The translations under genes and the position numbers were made by a program. This document shows, in pieces, positions 15,279 through 27,025 of a stretch of DNA of 64,000 bases (its first letter is position 1; every line of letters starts with the position of its first letter). The DNA is from Camelus ferus. Its lineage: Eukaryota. Below the pieces are notes generated by a model. The model was given only the letters and a program-made list of their open reading frames with translations. It had not been told where the DNA came from and searched no databases. The stretch covers positions 72,542,001 to 72,606,000 of the forward strand of contig NC_045697.1 in the NCBI RefSeq assembly GCF_009834535.1, in the 5' to 3' direction.

Positions 15279-15350
15279 TAAGGCAGCTGCCCGGCCGATC
15301 CCCTGAGCAGCCGCTGTCAGGACGATGACCTTCCCATCAAGTCGCCCCAT
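15279..15350 (-). CDS. BDH2: BDH2 first coding exon (MGRLDGKVIVLTAAAQGIGRAAAL), NAD-binding Gly-rich loop
   Basis: ATG at 15350-15348, donor gtaagt at 15278; acceptor ctttag| gives exon start at 15370 (20 nt of 5'UTR). Confidence 0.97.
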
Positions 15351-15453
15351 AACAGAACCTGTGGTTTAATCTAAAGACACGTGTATTTAATGGCTTACAC
15401 TGTGCAGTAAGCTCTGGAAGGAATAGTTCAAGCACCTCTTTCAAAACAACCTG

Positions 15454-15693
15454 TTGGACTGCATGCCTACTGTTTAGAACTTATCTCAGTGGATCAGGAA
15501 CATCTATGGCCATTCTGATGGCCTCGACCGCCTTTAAGAGACCCATCTTGCTCGTATCAAAATGGTCCTTTTTGGTCCTTTGCCCTGGACCTGTGATATT
15601 CTAGACCAGCTCTGTTCTCAGCTGTGGCTGAATGTAATATGTGTACAATAAATCATCTCTTCTGCTGTTTTAGCTGAAAAGAAAAAAAAAAAA
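15454..15693 (+). pseudogene. RPL41: 5'-truncated processed pseudogene of RPL41 (3'UTR only, with poly-A)
   Basis: ggactgcatgc, gagacccatcttgctc, tgccctggacctgtga and AATAAAtcatctcttctgctgttttagctgaa match the RPL41 3'UTR as recalled; A-tail; degenerate TSD aaaacaacctg (15443) / aaaaggacctg (15690). Confidence 0.85.
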
Positions 15694-17059
15694 GGACCTG
15701 AAGACAGCAGCTCTGTACAAATATTCCCACCACCTGAGAATATTTACATCATTCTCCAAGAATGCTTACTCTCAATACCTAGCTTTGCATATCAAAAACA
15801 TTCAGCAAAACCCACTGAAGGGATAACTGGCGCAGGCAGGCAGACAGTCACCTCCAGGTTTTTACCAGAAAGAACCCAGAGAAGACAGCTACAGTAGGGG
15901 TGGCATCCCTCCCCTGTCCCCCTCTGTGCACACTGCTGTGACAATGGCTATGTCTTTCTACTTGGGGCTGCTTCTTGCTTCCTCTCTCATGAACCTTTGT
16001 TGTGGGGTTTGCACTGTCAATTGTCTCTGGTTTTTCCGTGTCCATTGGGAAGATTCAATAGTTGGCCTCAGAGAGTCATTGGGAAAGAACTGGAAAATCA
16101 GATCATGTCCAATACCCTCATTTTACAGATGAGGGAACTGATCTGGCCAGAGAACAGGTCAAGGCAGAGCCAGAACTCAACTCAGGCCTCCCGCTCTTTT
16201 GCGTGTGAACATTCCACCCCACAACCCTGCCAATCCTCTTTTAAGGTTTAAGCGTTTAGTAGTAACACTGTAACACACAAAATCAGTAATTTTTAAAAGA
16301 GAAGACTGAGAAATTCTGACATAGGGAAAACACGACATGCAGGAGACATGCAGGCCAGTGCTCGGATTGGAGATCGCAGGGTGAGATGAGATCGCAGGGT
16401 GATGATTCTGGGGACAGTGGAGTCAAATGATGATCAAATGAGGCTGTCTTCAAGGAACCCAGTCCCTTCTCTGACCCTGCCGTTCCTAGTGTGTGCCTCT
16501 GACGGCACACCAAGGCACAACAGGGCAGTCACAACGTCCCATGGTGTCTGCACTCCAGGCAAAAAGAGGGGAAACGTGCAAAAGCCAAGTCTGTCAGAGA
16601 GACCTCGCCTTTGTATTCAAGAAGGACACCCTCCTCGGAAACTCCAGCCTATTTTATTGGCCAGCTCTAGCAGCAGAGGCCAAGAGTTTGACTTTTGTAT
16701 TCCAGTCTTTATAAAGTGAAAAGGAGGGAGAGGGGGAGAGTTAGGTTGGGTGGATGTTGGGTGAGCTAACTTAAATAGCACATGCACCAAATAACCTGCA
16801 CAACCAATCTGCTCAGTTACCTGCCTGATAAAGTACGGGTGGCTGGCCAGTCTTGCCCGGGGGCCCCACATCCAGTCATTCCTCTGTGAACTTATCTCCG
16901 TGCCCTTCAGCCAAATTTGGCTTTTTTCTGTACCCAGTGTGCGCTTTGGTTTCAAGCCTCCACCCTTGTCCAAGTTGAGGGGCAAGTTACTCCAATGGGC
17001 AAGGAGCACTAAAGGATTTATGGAAAGGGCACGACATGATCAGATGCATAATTAAGAAA

Positions 17060-17700
17060 GCTCACTGTGGCGAGCAGACCTGGTAGGGAGTGAGCAGGCG
17101 CGAGCGGAGGGTTTCCTGCGGAGGCTGCCGCAGTGGTGCAGGATCAGTGGGGAAAGCGGGGGTGGAGAGCTGGCGTGGACGAGAGGAGTGTTCAGCAGAT
17201 GACTCGGGGCCTGGTCCCCAGTGCACTAACTCAGAGGTTACGTGGTTTGCCCAGCGTTTCACGGCTATGAATTCAAACCAAGGCCTCCTGACTGCAGGTC
17301 CCAGAGAAGACCTCGTGGTTCGTGGCGTTCCTCCCGTGGTCCTCGCACACCCTGCGGCCCTCTGCAAGTCCCCACGCGGCGCCTGGGCCCTGCGGAACTG
17401 GGGCTGCGGCGCAGGGACCCGGTAACTCACCACGAGGCCGGCACTGCGCACCGAAACTCTTCGCTGAGTTTGTGCCGAGGCCACCTTCCCCTGGCTATTT
17501 CCAGACAGAGCCGGGGTGCAGCACGAGTGTTAATGCGGACCCACTTCTGGGACACACCCAGCTCCTCCCGCCGGCCTCACGGGCCCTCCCGCAGACTGAG
17601 GATGCGCCCTCCCAGCCCAGCCCCGCGTCCCTGCTCCCTCCCTTGCAGGGAGACTTCCGTCGTGGTCTGACGGCTCTTCCAGCCTTGCCTAGTTCCCTTC
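17060..17700. promoter_or_regulatory. CpG island in BDH2 intron 1
   Basis: Locally GC-rich with dense CG dinucleotides against an AT-rich, CpG-depleted background (by eye). Confidence 0.8.
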
Positions 17701-17791
17701 TCGTCTTTCACGCCAGCATTTTCCCTAATGAAACCCATGCGTGTTTAACTCTGTCTTGGAGTCAGTTTCCCCGAGGGCCAGACCAACAACA
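17340..17791 (+). mobile_element. LTR16-family (ERVL) solo LTR; 5' end approximate
   Basis: Segments gtgccgaggccaccttcccc, cgtggtctgacggctct and the terminus ctgtcttggagtcagtttccccgagggccagaccaacaaca resemble LTR16 consensus as recalled. Confidence 0.7.
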
Positions 17792-18404
17792 GGTTGTAAG
17801 AACCGAGTGCAGGGGCTGGCTTACAGAGTCACTGATGTTCTCCGACGGACGGAGAAGCTGGGCCTTCACAGTGCCCGACCTAGTCTAATGCAATGAATTT
17901 TCACTGCCTGTTTTTTTCTTTCCCTTCTTACACGAGTGCTACATTTTCACTTAAAACACGGTAAGAATTAAGAGACGTAATCCATACATGTATTTTAGAA
18001 AGAGACTCCAATAATCTTTACCCTCCCCCAATACCAAGCATGATGTATTGAAAAACTGCTATTTTACACTTTTGACAGTGACTTCTGGCGCATGGCGCTG
18101 TGAAGGCACATGCCAGAGGCTTCCCTAGGAATCTCTGACACCCAGAGAAGCACTCACTAAACAATGGCTAAAGCTCAGAGCAGCCGCTGTGCTCCCTCTG
18201 AAAACCTCCCCATAGCTGTCCTCCCAGTCATCCTGGGATCAGATTTTGGAGCCAAAGCTTTACTACTAGATAAAACTGCACTATCAAACTGAAACGAATT
18301 TACCTGGGAAAATGAGTGCAAACATGGCCTGAAATGGTAAAATGAGGCAACTCTCGATAAATCCCAACGTGAAAACCAGACAAGATGGATTTCTTGCTGT
18401 TGTG

Positions 18405-18538
18405 TTTTATTCTTTTATTTTGGGGGAGGAGGTAATTAGATTTTTAATTAATTTTTTTTAGTGGAGGTGCTGAGGATTGAACCCAGGACCTTGTGCGTGC
18501 TAGGCAGGCACTCTTCCCCTAGGCTATGCCCTTCCCCC
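18405..18538 (-). mobile_element. tRNA-derived SINE (camelid Vic-1-like)
   Basis: B box gggttcaatcc and taattacctcc tail shared with copies at 27598 and 38465. Confidence 0.85.
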
Positions 18539-18806
18539 TTAAAGTGTTAATATTTTGATTAGCAGAGACATAAACACAGCATTTTCAGGAACTCTGTCTT
18601 CATAAGCCAGGAAAAACAACGTCCACTTAAAGACGCTGTAAAATCCTCTCTTCTTTGGCTATTTTGAAAAACTTAACAGAGTTTCAAACATGTTAAAAAT
18701 CCTGATCTAGCTGCTAAAATTAATCCTAAAAAAGATAACGTGCAGAACAAAGTAAACCTCTCCTCCCAGTCCAAAGTTTCAAGTAAATTATATTGGGAAA
18801 TCTTAC

Positions 18807-18885
18807 TTTAGAGCAGCAAGTGGATGGCGTCCTCCAGGTCACTGCGCGAGCAACAAACTTAAGACCTTTGTGCAGAGCAAGTCAG
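18807..18885 (-). other. BDH2: Probable non-coding first exon of BDH2 (5' end approximate)
   Basis: Donor AAA|gtaaga at 18806, small CpG cluster, ZNF143-type motif immediately upstream; no transcript data. Confidence 0.55.
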
Positions 18886-18897
18886 GCGCTTAAAAAT

Positions 18898-18917
18898 GCA
18901 CGCTGGGATTTGTAGTT
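18898..18917 (-). promoter_or_regulatory. ZNF143/THAP11 (GFY-Staf, SBS) motif
   Basis: Minus strand AACTACAAATCCCAGCGTGC versus consensus RACTACAATTCCCAGAAKGC. Confidence 0.75.
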
Positions 18918-18976
18918 CAGGTTCCTCCAGTTTTTGGAAAAGGATTAGCACATGCACATACTTTATACGGGTACGT

Positions 18977-18993
18977 GCTGCCATCTAGTGGAG
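18977..18993 (-). promoter_or_regulatory. CTCF motif, leftward
   Basis: Minus strand CTCCACTAGATGGCAGC fits CCASYAGRKGGCRS. Confidence 0.75.
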
Positions 18994-19345
18994 ACAAGGT
19001 AGAACTGTTAACTCCAAGTACGTAGAGGGTGAGACGTGGCAAATACTTAGAACCTGGAAACCCTTTCCTTCACTAATTTAACCCAAGTCGTTCTCTTTTA
19101 TTTGCACCTACTATATGCTGCTCTGGGGGAACTTAAGATTGAATGAGCCAGAAATTGCATGTGGCAGTTAGCAAAGCAATAAAATAGAAGGAATCCAGGT
19201 CACCGAAGATACTGGAGCCTTCCTTCCTGGTGCTTGACCTAGTTGTTTTCAGGGAGGAAAATAAAAATTGTCTTGTGTTTTTAAAGTACGGTTTTGGTTC
19301 TTTTGTCACCCACAGTCCATCCTAACATTAATACATCTACCTGAA

Positions 19346-19360
19346 CTCCACTAGATGGCA
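19346..19360 (+). promoter_or_regulatory. CTCF motif, rightward
   Basis: CTCCACTAGATGGCA. Confidence 0.65.
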
Positions 19361-19859
19361 TACATTTTAGTGTCAGAATGCAGGTATCATGAGTACACTG
19401 AGGGGGCCGGGCCTGGGGAACTTCAAGATACCTGTTGGGTAAGAGCAAAAAATCAAGTTTGGCTGAAGAGAACAGAGATCTCAGATTGAAAAGGATGGAT
19501 TGGATCATTTGATTCCGCCCTTCAGGCTTAGTAACTCATACTTTATCAGGGATGTAACTGATCCTAGTAACTGTGTAGGCTATGTTGTGCTTGTGAAATT
19601 TAAGGACACTCACTCAACACCCATCCAACTCACTTCCCTGCCTTTTATCTTATGAAGTTTGGAATACAACACTCAAATTCCTAGCCTCCTTTGCTGCTAG
19701 AGCTGGCCAATGAAATGCAGGCTGGAATCTCTGAGGAGGGCTTCCTTCTTGGATAGAAAGGTAAAAGGCTTTGGATCCCCCCCCCCCAGGGTTTTATTAA
19801 AAAAATTTTCTGGGGTTAAATTTGATTGCTTGCTTATTTACTTATTTATTTATTTGTTT

Positions 19860-20405
19860 GTTTGTTTATTTATAATGAAGTATAGTTGCTTTATAATGTT
19901 TCTGGTGTACAGCATGGTGATTCAATTATACACATATATTCTTTTCCGATATGAGCTATTATGAGTTATTGAATATAGTTTTCTGTGCTATACAGTAGGA
20001 CTTTGTCATTTATCTATTTTGCATATGGTAGTTTGTGTCTGCTAATCCTAAACTCACAATTTATCCCTCCACCACCTTTTCCTTTGGTAACCATAAATTT
20101 GTTTTCCATTTCTGTAAGTTTCTTTCTATTTTGTAATTAAGTTCATTTGTGTCATTTTTTTAGATTCCACGTAAATGATATTATGTATTTGTCCTTCTCT
20201 GTCTGACTTCACTTAGTATGGTAATGTCTAGGTCCATTCATGTTGCTGGAAATGACATTGTTTCATTCTTTCTTATGGCTGAGTAGTATTCCATTGCATA
20301 TATACACCACGACTTCTTTATTCAGTCATCTGTTGATGGACGTTGAGGTTGCTTCCATGTCTTGGCTATTGTAAATAGTGCTGCTATGAACATCATGTGC
20401 ATGCA
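19860..20405 (-). mobile_element. L1 3' fragment
   Basis: Same L1 3' sequence as 2973-3400. Confidence 0.85.
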
Positions 20406-21679
20406 TGAAAGACTTTTGACTTTTGCTCCTTCCCTTCTTTCCTCCTGGAATGCAGATATGCCTTGGGACATGGCAACCATGTTGTGACTTGGTGTAAGTC
20501 AGAGGCACACATTAAAGATAGCAGGGTGAGAAAAGGGACCTGGTTCCTTGAAGACAACCTCAAGACAATAGCCCTAGACTAACTCCTCTGGACTTCTTAT
20601 GTGAGAAATGTAAACTTCTCTAGATCACTTTTTGTTCTTGGGGCTAAATGTATTTATAATAGTCACAGTGGCTCAGAACAGACTGTGGAGTCAGAAGGAT
20701 GAAGGTAAGTTTCACATCTTTCCGTCACTAGCTAAGTAAGTCACTGAACTCTAAAAGCTTGTTTTTTCATCTATAAAATAATCATAGCATCTACCTCAGA
20801 GATGTTGTGAGGAGGAAGGACTTGGCATGTAAAACCATCAGTACAACGTTACATTTGTACTAAATAAATTTTAGTGATGACTACAAATTCAAGTATGATA
20901 AATAGCAAATATTGCCCTTAAAAAAACCCCACCCTGACCTAATTGCTACACGTGTCTTTGGTAACGGACCCTCATTGGCCCACTGTAGCTTCTAATGTTG
21001 GGGCTAATGACCTGTAACAGCATCCAGCTGCTCTCCTTGCTGTACTAACAATCCCTGTCCTTTGACTTTTGAGGATTTCGGAATAGCCATTCGGTGAACA
21101 CAGAGTTCTCTAGTCAAGGCCAACTCCAATACTTTTCCTTCAGCCTCCCTTCATCCACTGAGCTCCAGCAGTGATGCTTACTTACCCTATGGCAGCCTAA
21201 GTCACATGGTCATGCAGGTATTTGCTCAGCCATCTGTGATGTCAGTGGACTGAATTTCTTCAAGGCTAGGGACCGTGCCTTTTTCACCCTTACATTGTGA
21301 TCAGCTCATGTTAAAAGTATCTGAGTGATTTGTTTTCCAAATACAGTATGAGTTCCACAAAGGCAGTGCCTTTTGGTGCCTAGACCAACGCTAAGCACAC
21401 AGTAGGCATTTAGTATTTGCTGAGTATGAACGGTGAGCTCTCAGCAAGTTTCCTGAATATAATTCTGCCAGGCTCAGGAACATGTTTCCCAAGAGCAATA
21501 AATATATTTTGTCTTCTCTGGCTCTGATTTTACCTTTCAGACCATTTTAGTATCATCTGACCACATTACTGCTTTTTAACATTCTGATAAGTTTCCATTG
21601 CTGATTTCCATCATTCCTTCACAATCACTCATCACAATATTGAAACTGAGATCATTAGAGTTAAGCAACATCCCAGGTG

Positions 21680-23080
21680 GGCAGTCAACAAGATGGAGAA
21701 ATACAAGTGCCAGCTCTCTTTCCCCGACAGACATCGACTTAACAACAACATATGGACCAAAATAGTTTGCTGAGAACTTCAGAAGCCAGTTAAGGAGTTG
21801 CAGTACCCTACGTGAGCGCAAAGCTGAGAAGAGCCATGCTGAAGTGGGTGAGAAGAGTTGTTTCACTCTGCAACTACCCCTCCCCCAGGTCAGCAGAGCT
21901 TAGCCCTGGTTCATAGTTTCCCCATCATGGGGAACAGGAGAAAAGAGAAGAATGGAAAATTCACCCAAAGGTCCAGCTTTTTGAGGGCTGCCTGAGGGAC
22001 TGGTTCCCCTTGCCTGACTTGGAGTGCTGATGGCACTGGCATGGTTTGGCACCAGAGGGCCTACTGCGCCCCCAGCAGAGGCTGGTGTGGCTCTGCAGTC
22101 AGAAGTTGCCCAACTTGAAGCTTTATTCTTGGGAGGGAGAAAGAAGAGTAGGGTGTGTGTCTGGTGTTCCAGCTTTCTGGACCGCTGCACAAGTGACTGG
22201 TTTGTGTCTCGCCTAACTTCGGGTGCTGACTACTTTGGATGCCTTGGGGGCCGATGAGAAAAAAGGACAGTGGGGTGGCTTCCTGCTGCAGCACCAAAGC
22301 ACCTGCAGTACTGCAGACAGACACCAGAGGGAGAAAGAGATTGAGCTCCTGAAAAAGAAATTGGCAACCTCTAGTTGGCAGATCACACACACAAGCCCAC
22401 AGCAGCAGCGTCCCCCAAAAAAGGTTTCAGAGGCGCCAAGAATCTATAAGTGAGCTGACTGATGAGGGTGTTCCCCTGTATGAAGTGAGACGTGGCTGTC
22501 TTTTCAAATGCATAAAACTCAGCAGGTCAGAAGGCACACAAAGCAGCAGAGAAACATAGCCTATTCAAAGGAACAAAATGAATCTCCAGAAACCAGCTCC
22601 AAAAAATGGCGATTTAAGAATTATCTATCAAATAATTCAAAGTAATAGTTTTAAAGAAGCTCAATGATCTATAAGAGAATGCAGACTTAAGAAATCAGGA
22701 AAATGATGCATGAACAAAATGAGACTATTAACAAATAAGCAGAAACTATAAAAAAAGAACCAAATTCTGGTGCTAAAGACTACAATTGAATTGAAAAATT
22801 CACTAGAGGAGTTCAATAGCATACTTGATCAGCAGAGGAATCAACAAAGTAGAAGACAGCTCATTTGAATTATCCAGTCAGAGAAGCAAAAAGAAAAAAA
22901 AAAAAAAGAAAAATGAAGACAGCTTAAGGTCTTTTAGCAAGCAGACCAATATAAGCATTTACTTCCAGAAGAAGAGATATGGGGACAAAAAGTTGATTTG
23001 AAGAAATCATGGCCAAAATCTTCCCAAATCCAAGGAAGGAAATGGACATCCAAATTTAAGAGTTAAGCAACATTCCAGTA
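21680..23080 (+). mobile_element. Ancient L1M 5'UTR plus degraded ORF1
   Basis: caagatgg start; ORF1-like sequence gaacaaaatgaga, gaattgaaaaattcactagagg, ttatccagtcagagaagcaaaaagaaaaa. Confidence 0.7.
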
Positions 23081-24088
23081 GACTGGAAACCTGATGACTG
23101 ATTATATTTTTAATGGCCTTTAAAGTGGTTTTATTATTCAGGTGAACTTACCTACCCCTTTAGGGGAGAAGCAGACATTGTAAAGAATCGAACCTGTGGT
23201 GCTGTTCTAGTGTCTTGTTTGGGTGAGGGTGGGAAGGAAAAACAGGCCTGGGGGAGGATCTGGGAGGGGACACTTTCTCCTTAGACCTAGTGAATTTTTG
23301 TGACAGTATGTTAAGTGTCCAATCCGGAGACTTTAGAATGGTTGCTATGATGCAATTCATAACTGCTCTCTTTGAATACATCTTCTTACCCAAGAGCCAG
23401 GGATGCCTTCAAATCACTAATTCTGTTCTGAACCTTATGCATCTTGCTGTTTTATGTGGTTTTTCAAAGTCATATGATATAAAATATCAGATACTCTCTA
23501 CAACCCTAGTTCATAACCTCTTATAGGGTCAGAGACTCCTCTGGGATGTAAAAGAAAGTATCCTAGAAAAATGAATCCACACGCAAAAGTTAACATTAAA
23601 TTTCAGAGGTTTTACAGGCTGCATGAAGTCCCCCTCAGATGCCTTACGTATCTGTGGGGACCCAGGTTTAGGAAATTTTACTTTGACAGAAGCTCTGGTG
23701 CTGTTTCCCCTGGTCTAAAGTGAAAGGGTAGAATAAATGACCTGTGTGGCTCGTCCTCCTGGGAATGAAGTGCTATTGAGCACAAAGTCTAATAACAAAC
23801 CTACCAATTCAGAGTGCTTGCCTAGGGAGTGGGTGGGTGCTAAATGAAACGCGAGAAACAACTTTTACAGCTATTACAGCAAAAGGAAGATTAGGTCTAG
23901 AAAATGAAGAGGTCATATCACTTGCGATCCCTTAACAACCTAAATCCAGAATGCATGTCCATGTTTTTACAGCAAAATTCTGTAAGTTAACAAACAAGAT
24001 GAGAGGAAAGCCAAATATACCAAGTACCCACCAAGAAACCATGAGTTAATATTACAGGGTGCTGTGATTCAGAATAACTAACCAGATA

Positions 24089-24531
24089 TTTATTAAATGT
24101 TCAAGGTACTAAAAAAAGAGCCTGCAATTTTGTTATTTAAATGATGCTTTATATTAATTTACAAATTATGCGTTGGAATTCTGTAAGTCATATGTGGATA
24201 ACTTTACATTAATAAAAATGTATCTTTATGTATACATGGAAAGATTGGAAATTTCCTCCAATAACTTTATTCTTTACAAAACATATAAATAAATAAAACT
24301 ATTTAACTTCTAAAGAATTACCACATTCAAGAAGAAGGTATTGCTATCACCATCCTAAATTACGAGAAAGCATCCCGTTCCTTCATCTTCCATTTCCAGT
24401 GGCAAAGTGAAAACTGAACTAAAATTAAGTTGGACCGTGACATCATTACTGGCGACAGACACATAAAGTATTAAACACAGGCATTTCCAAACATGGAACG
24501 CTGGGCCCCCAGGAAAGTGACAGAGAGGTGT
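24089..24531 (-). other. CENPE: CENPE 3'UTR with two AATAAA signals (24271-24266 and 24094-24089)
   Basis: AT-rich sequence after the TAG; two canonical hexamers on the minus strand. Confidence 0.7.
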
Positions 24532-24626
24532 CTACTGAGTCTTGCACTCGGGCACATCTTTTCCTGAGGAGACGTGCCAAGGACCTGTCTGTGGATCCGT
24601 GGTCTCTGCTCCAGCAGTTTGTTCTT
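24532..24626 (-). CDS. CENPE: CENPE last coding exon (EQTAGAETTDPQTGPWHVSSGKDVPECKTQ*), farnesylation CAAX box CKTQ
   Basis: ttttccctcag| acceptor, 95 nt to TAG; characteristic CENP-E C-terminus. Confidence 0.97.
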
Positions 24627-24924
24627 CTGAGGGAAAAAAAAAAACCCAAATATAAGTAATCTTAGTAAAAAAAATATACAAAACCCAAATAAAACTGAAG
24701 TGGAAAGGATGCTGAGGACAGCAGAGATAAATGAAGAATGAAACATGGCACTTAAACATGGTTGTTAATGTCCTCACTAAAAAGGTAGATTTCACTTCAT
24801 CAGAGTTAGAGAAGTTTCTTCCCCATTTTCTCATAAAATACAGCAAAAGTTCCCCAAGGAAATGCTAACTAATGAAAGGTCCGTAAATGTTTGTTAAATA
24901 CTAGTCATTGAAGTGAAGTGCTGT

Positions 24925-24946
24925 ACACACACACACACACACACAC
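24925..24946. repeat. (AC)11 microsatellite
   Basis: Read directly. Confidence 0.95.
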
Positions 24947-25699
24947 CCATTTTAGAAGAGTCTTTGGAAAAACTGTTAAGGTTTTATAATCACCTTTTGA
25001 TTTTATCTGACAGTGCCAAAGGCACATGCATAATATGAATTAATCCAACCTCAAATAAAAATGCCTAAGTGTTTTAAACATGGATCTCTCTGATACTATC
25101 TTTAAGTGAAATAAATAAGAGTAGGCTGGAGGGAAATCTAAAATCAAAAACTGACGAATTCAGAATTAAAGGTTCCTTTGAGCCTTTAAAAAGCACTTCA
25201 ACTGCATCTATTTGTTTATAAACAATATCTAAAGTAAGTCTAGCATAACTGGTCTTGGCTATTATCTTAAGCTTTGAGATGATATAAATTTCCTTTTATA
25301 ATTAAAATTGAAACTGATATTAAATTTTTTTAGACTGATACTCTACTAATTCAAGCTGGGACTATGTCTTTAAATGAATGAAGTGAATAGTTCAAGATTT
25401 TTTTCCAAATTGCTCTGCTCCTTACTACCTGTCAGACTGCTGACTTGATTCAATTCTGATGTGTAGTTGATGAGAATGGATTGATGCCTTTGGCGTCACA
25501 AAGTAAAGCTCTCACAAGCCCTGGCAACCTGTGCTCAGAGCTTTACATGATCGGCAGCTGCCTCTCTTGGTGTCCAAGTCTGCTGCTTCAGATTTCTAGA
25601 AACGCACAGGAGGGTATTTCTCACAGGCAGACATCCTGTCACAGAGGGCTGTGGCCATGCACAACTGGGCATGTGGGAAATGCTACGTGGTGAGAAAGA

Positions 25700-26530
25700 C
25701 AGACACATACCATGTGACAGAGCTGCTCCTGCCCCATCCCCCACTTCTGTGCACAGCAGCCCCAGAGCTGGGGGCGATCCTTGACACCACCCCACTCCAT
25801 CCAGTCAGGCACCTGGCACAGCTGATTCTACCCCGCAATCTCTCCTGTCTGTCCACATCTGTCCATCTATTGCACCTGCCCCAGTTGGTGCTGTAACCCT
25901 TGCTCAGGCAACTGCCGAGCTCTTGCTCCTATGATTTGTTGGTTACCTTACAGCTGAGGTAATGCTTTCAAAATTTATAACTCATCACGTTCCCTTGCAC
26001 TTAAAATCTTTCAAAGGCTTCCTCTATATGCTTTCCAGGTCAAGTTTAAATTCCTTTATACCACCTACAAAGCCCCACGCACCCGGCTCTCCCCTTTCTC
26101 TGGACTCACTGACCGCTTCCACAGCAGCCTGTGTGCACTGCGCCTTGGCCATGCCAGACTGCTGTCGGCCCTTCCCTGACTGTGCTTCCTCCCACCCTGG
26201 CAGGGGCTGTCACTGCTCCATCTGCCTGAATGCCTTTTCCTCCCCTCTTTGTTAGGCTAACTCCCATTAGCCTCTAAGCCCTCAGTTCCCTTCTTCAGGA
26301 ACACTTCCGTAATATTCCTAAAACAGAAAACTATTAAGCCTCATAGCCTTTTGCACTCTAGAATTTTTCTTGTTTTCCTGACTACTTGATTACTGTCTAC
26401 ACCTATTAGACTATAAGCTGTAGGAGGGCAGGGACCATATCTGGTTTTGCTTACTGATGTATCCTTAGGGTATAATATGTGACACAGAGCTGAAATAAAA
26501 ACAAATTCTGTTGATTGAATGAATAAGTAA
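25700..26530 (+). mobile_element. L2 fragment
   Basis: L2 3' sequence ctataagctgtaggagggcagggacc and terminal tgaatgaat. Confidence 0.65.
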
Positions 26531-27025
26531 ATGATACAAGTCTATGATCTGGCTTGTGTAAATTGAACATAATCCTATTGGAAATACCAGCCCATTGAAT
26601 TGATAAGAAAGTCTTTTTCTGGTAAAGTATTTTTGTTTATAGGGTGGTGTCTTTATGTCCTTGGGAGAGTTGATTGTCCATCCTTGGGAAAAGCTGAGGG
26701 TCTAAGAGGCAGAATAAAGACTTCACTTGGGGTGGTTTTCTTGTATAAAGAAACAATGTCTTATTTTCACATTTGATTTGCTAAGTAATAACTCACAAAA
26801 TTTTTACATACCAAAAAAACCCAAAAAACTTCACTTAGGGTAAAAAGTGATTGCACTTCAGACCTGTGCTTTGGAGAAACTTCTCACACAGAGGAAGCAG
26901 TGAAGTCTGCGCACTGCAAGCTTGATCCACATCGTCCCTTTCGTCTACACGTGCCCTGTGGGCCACATGATACAGGGTTCCAACTGTTATCCCCCCACTG
27001 CCAAGTAACCAGCACATTTACCTAC

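Noticed and set aside
17062..17888. Cluster of overlapping 111-188 aa ORFs
   Set aside because: Expected from stop-codon scarcity in a GC-rich island; overlaps LTR and MIR sequence.
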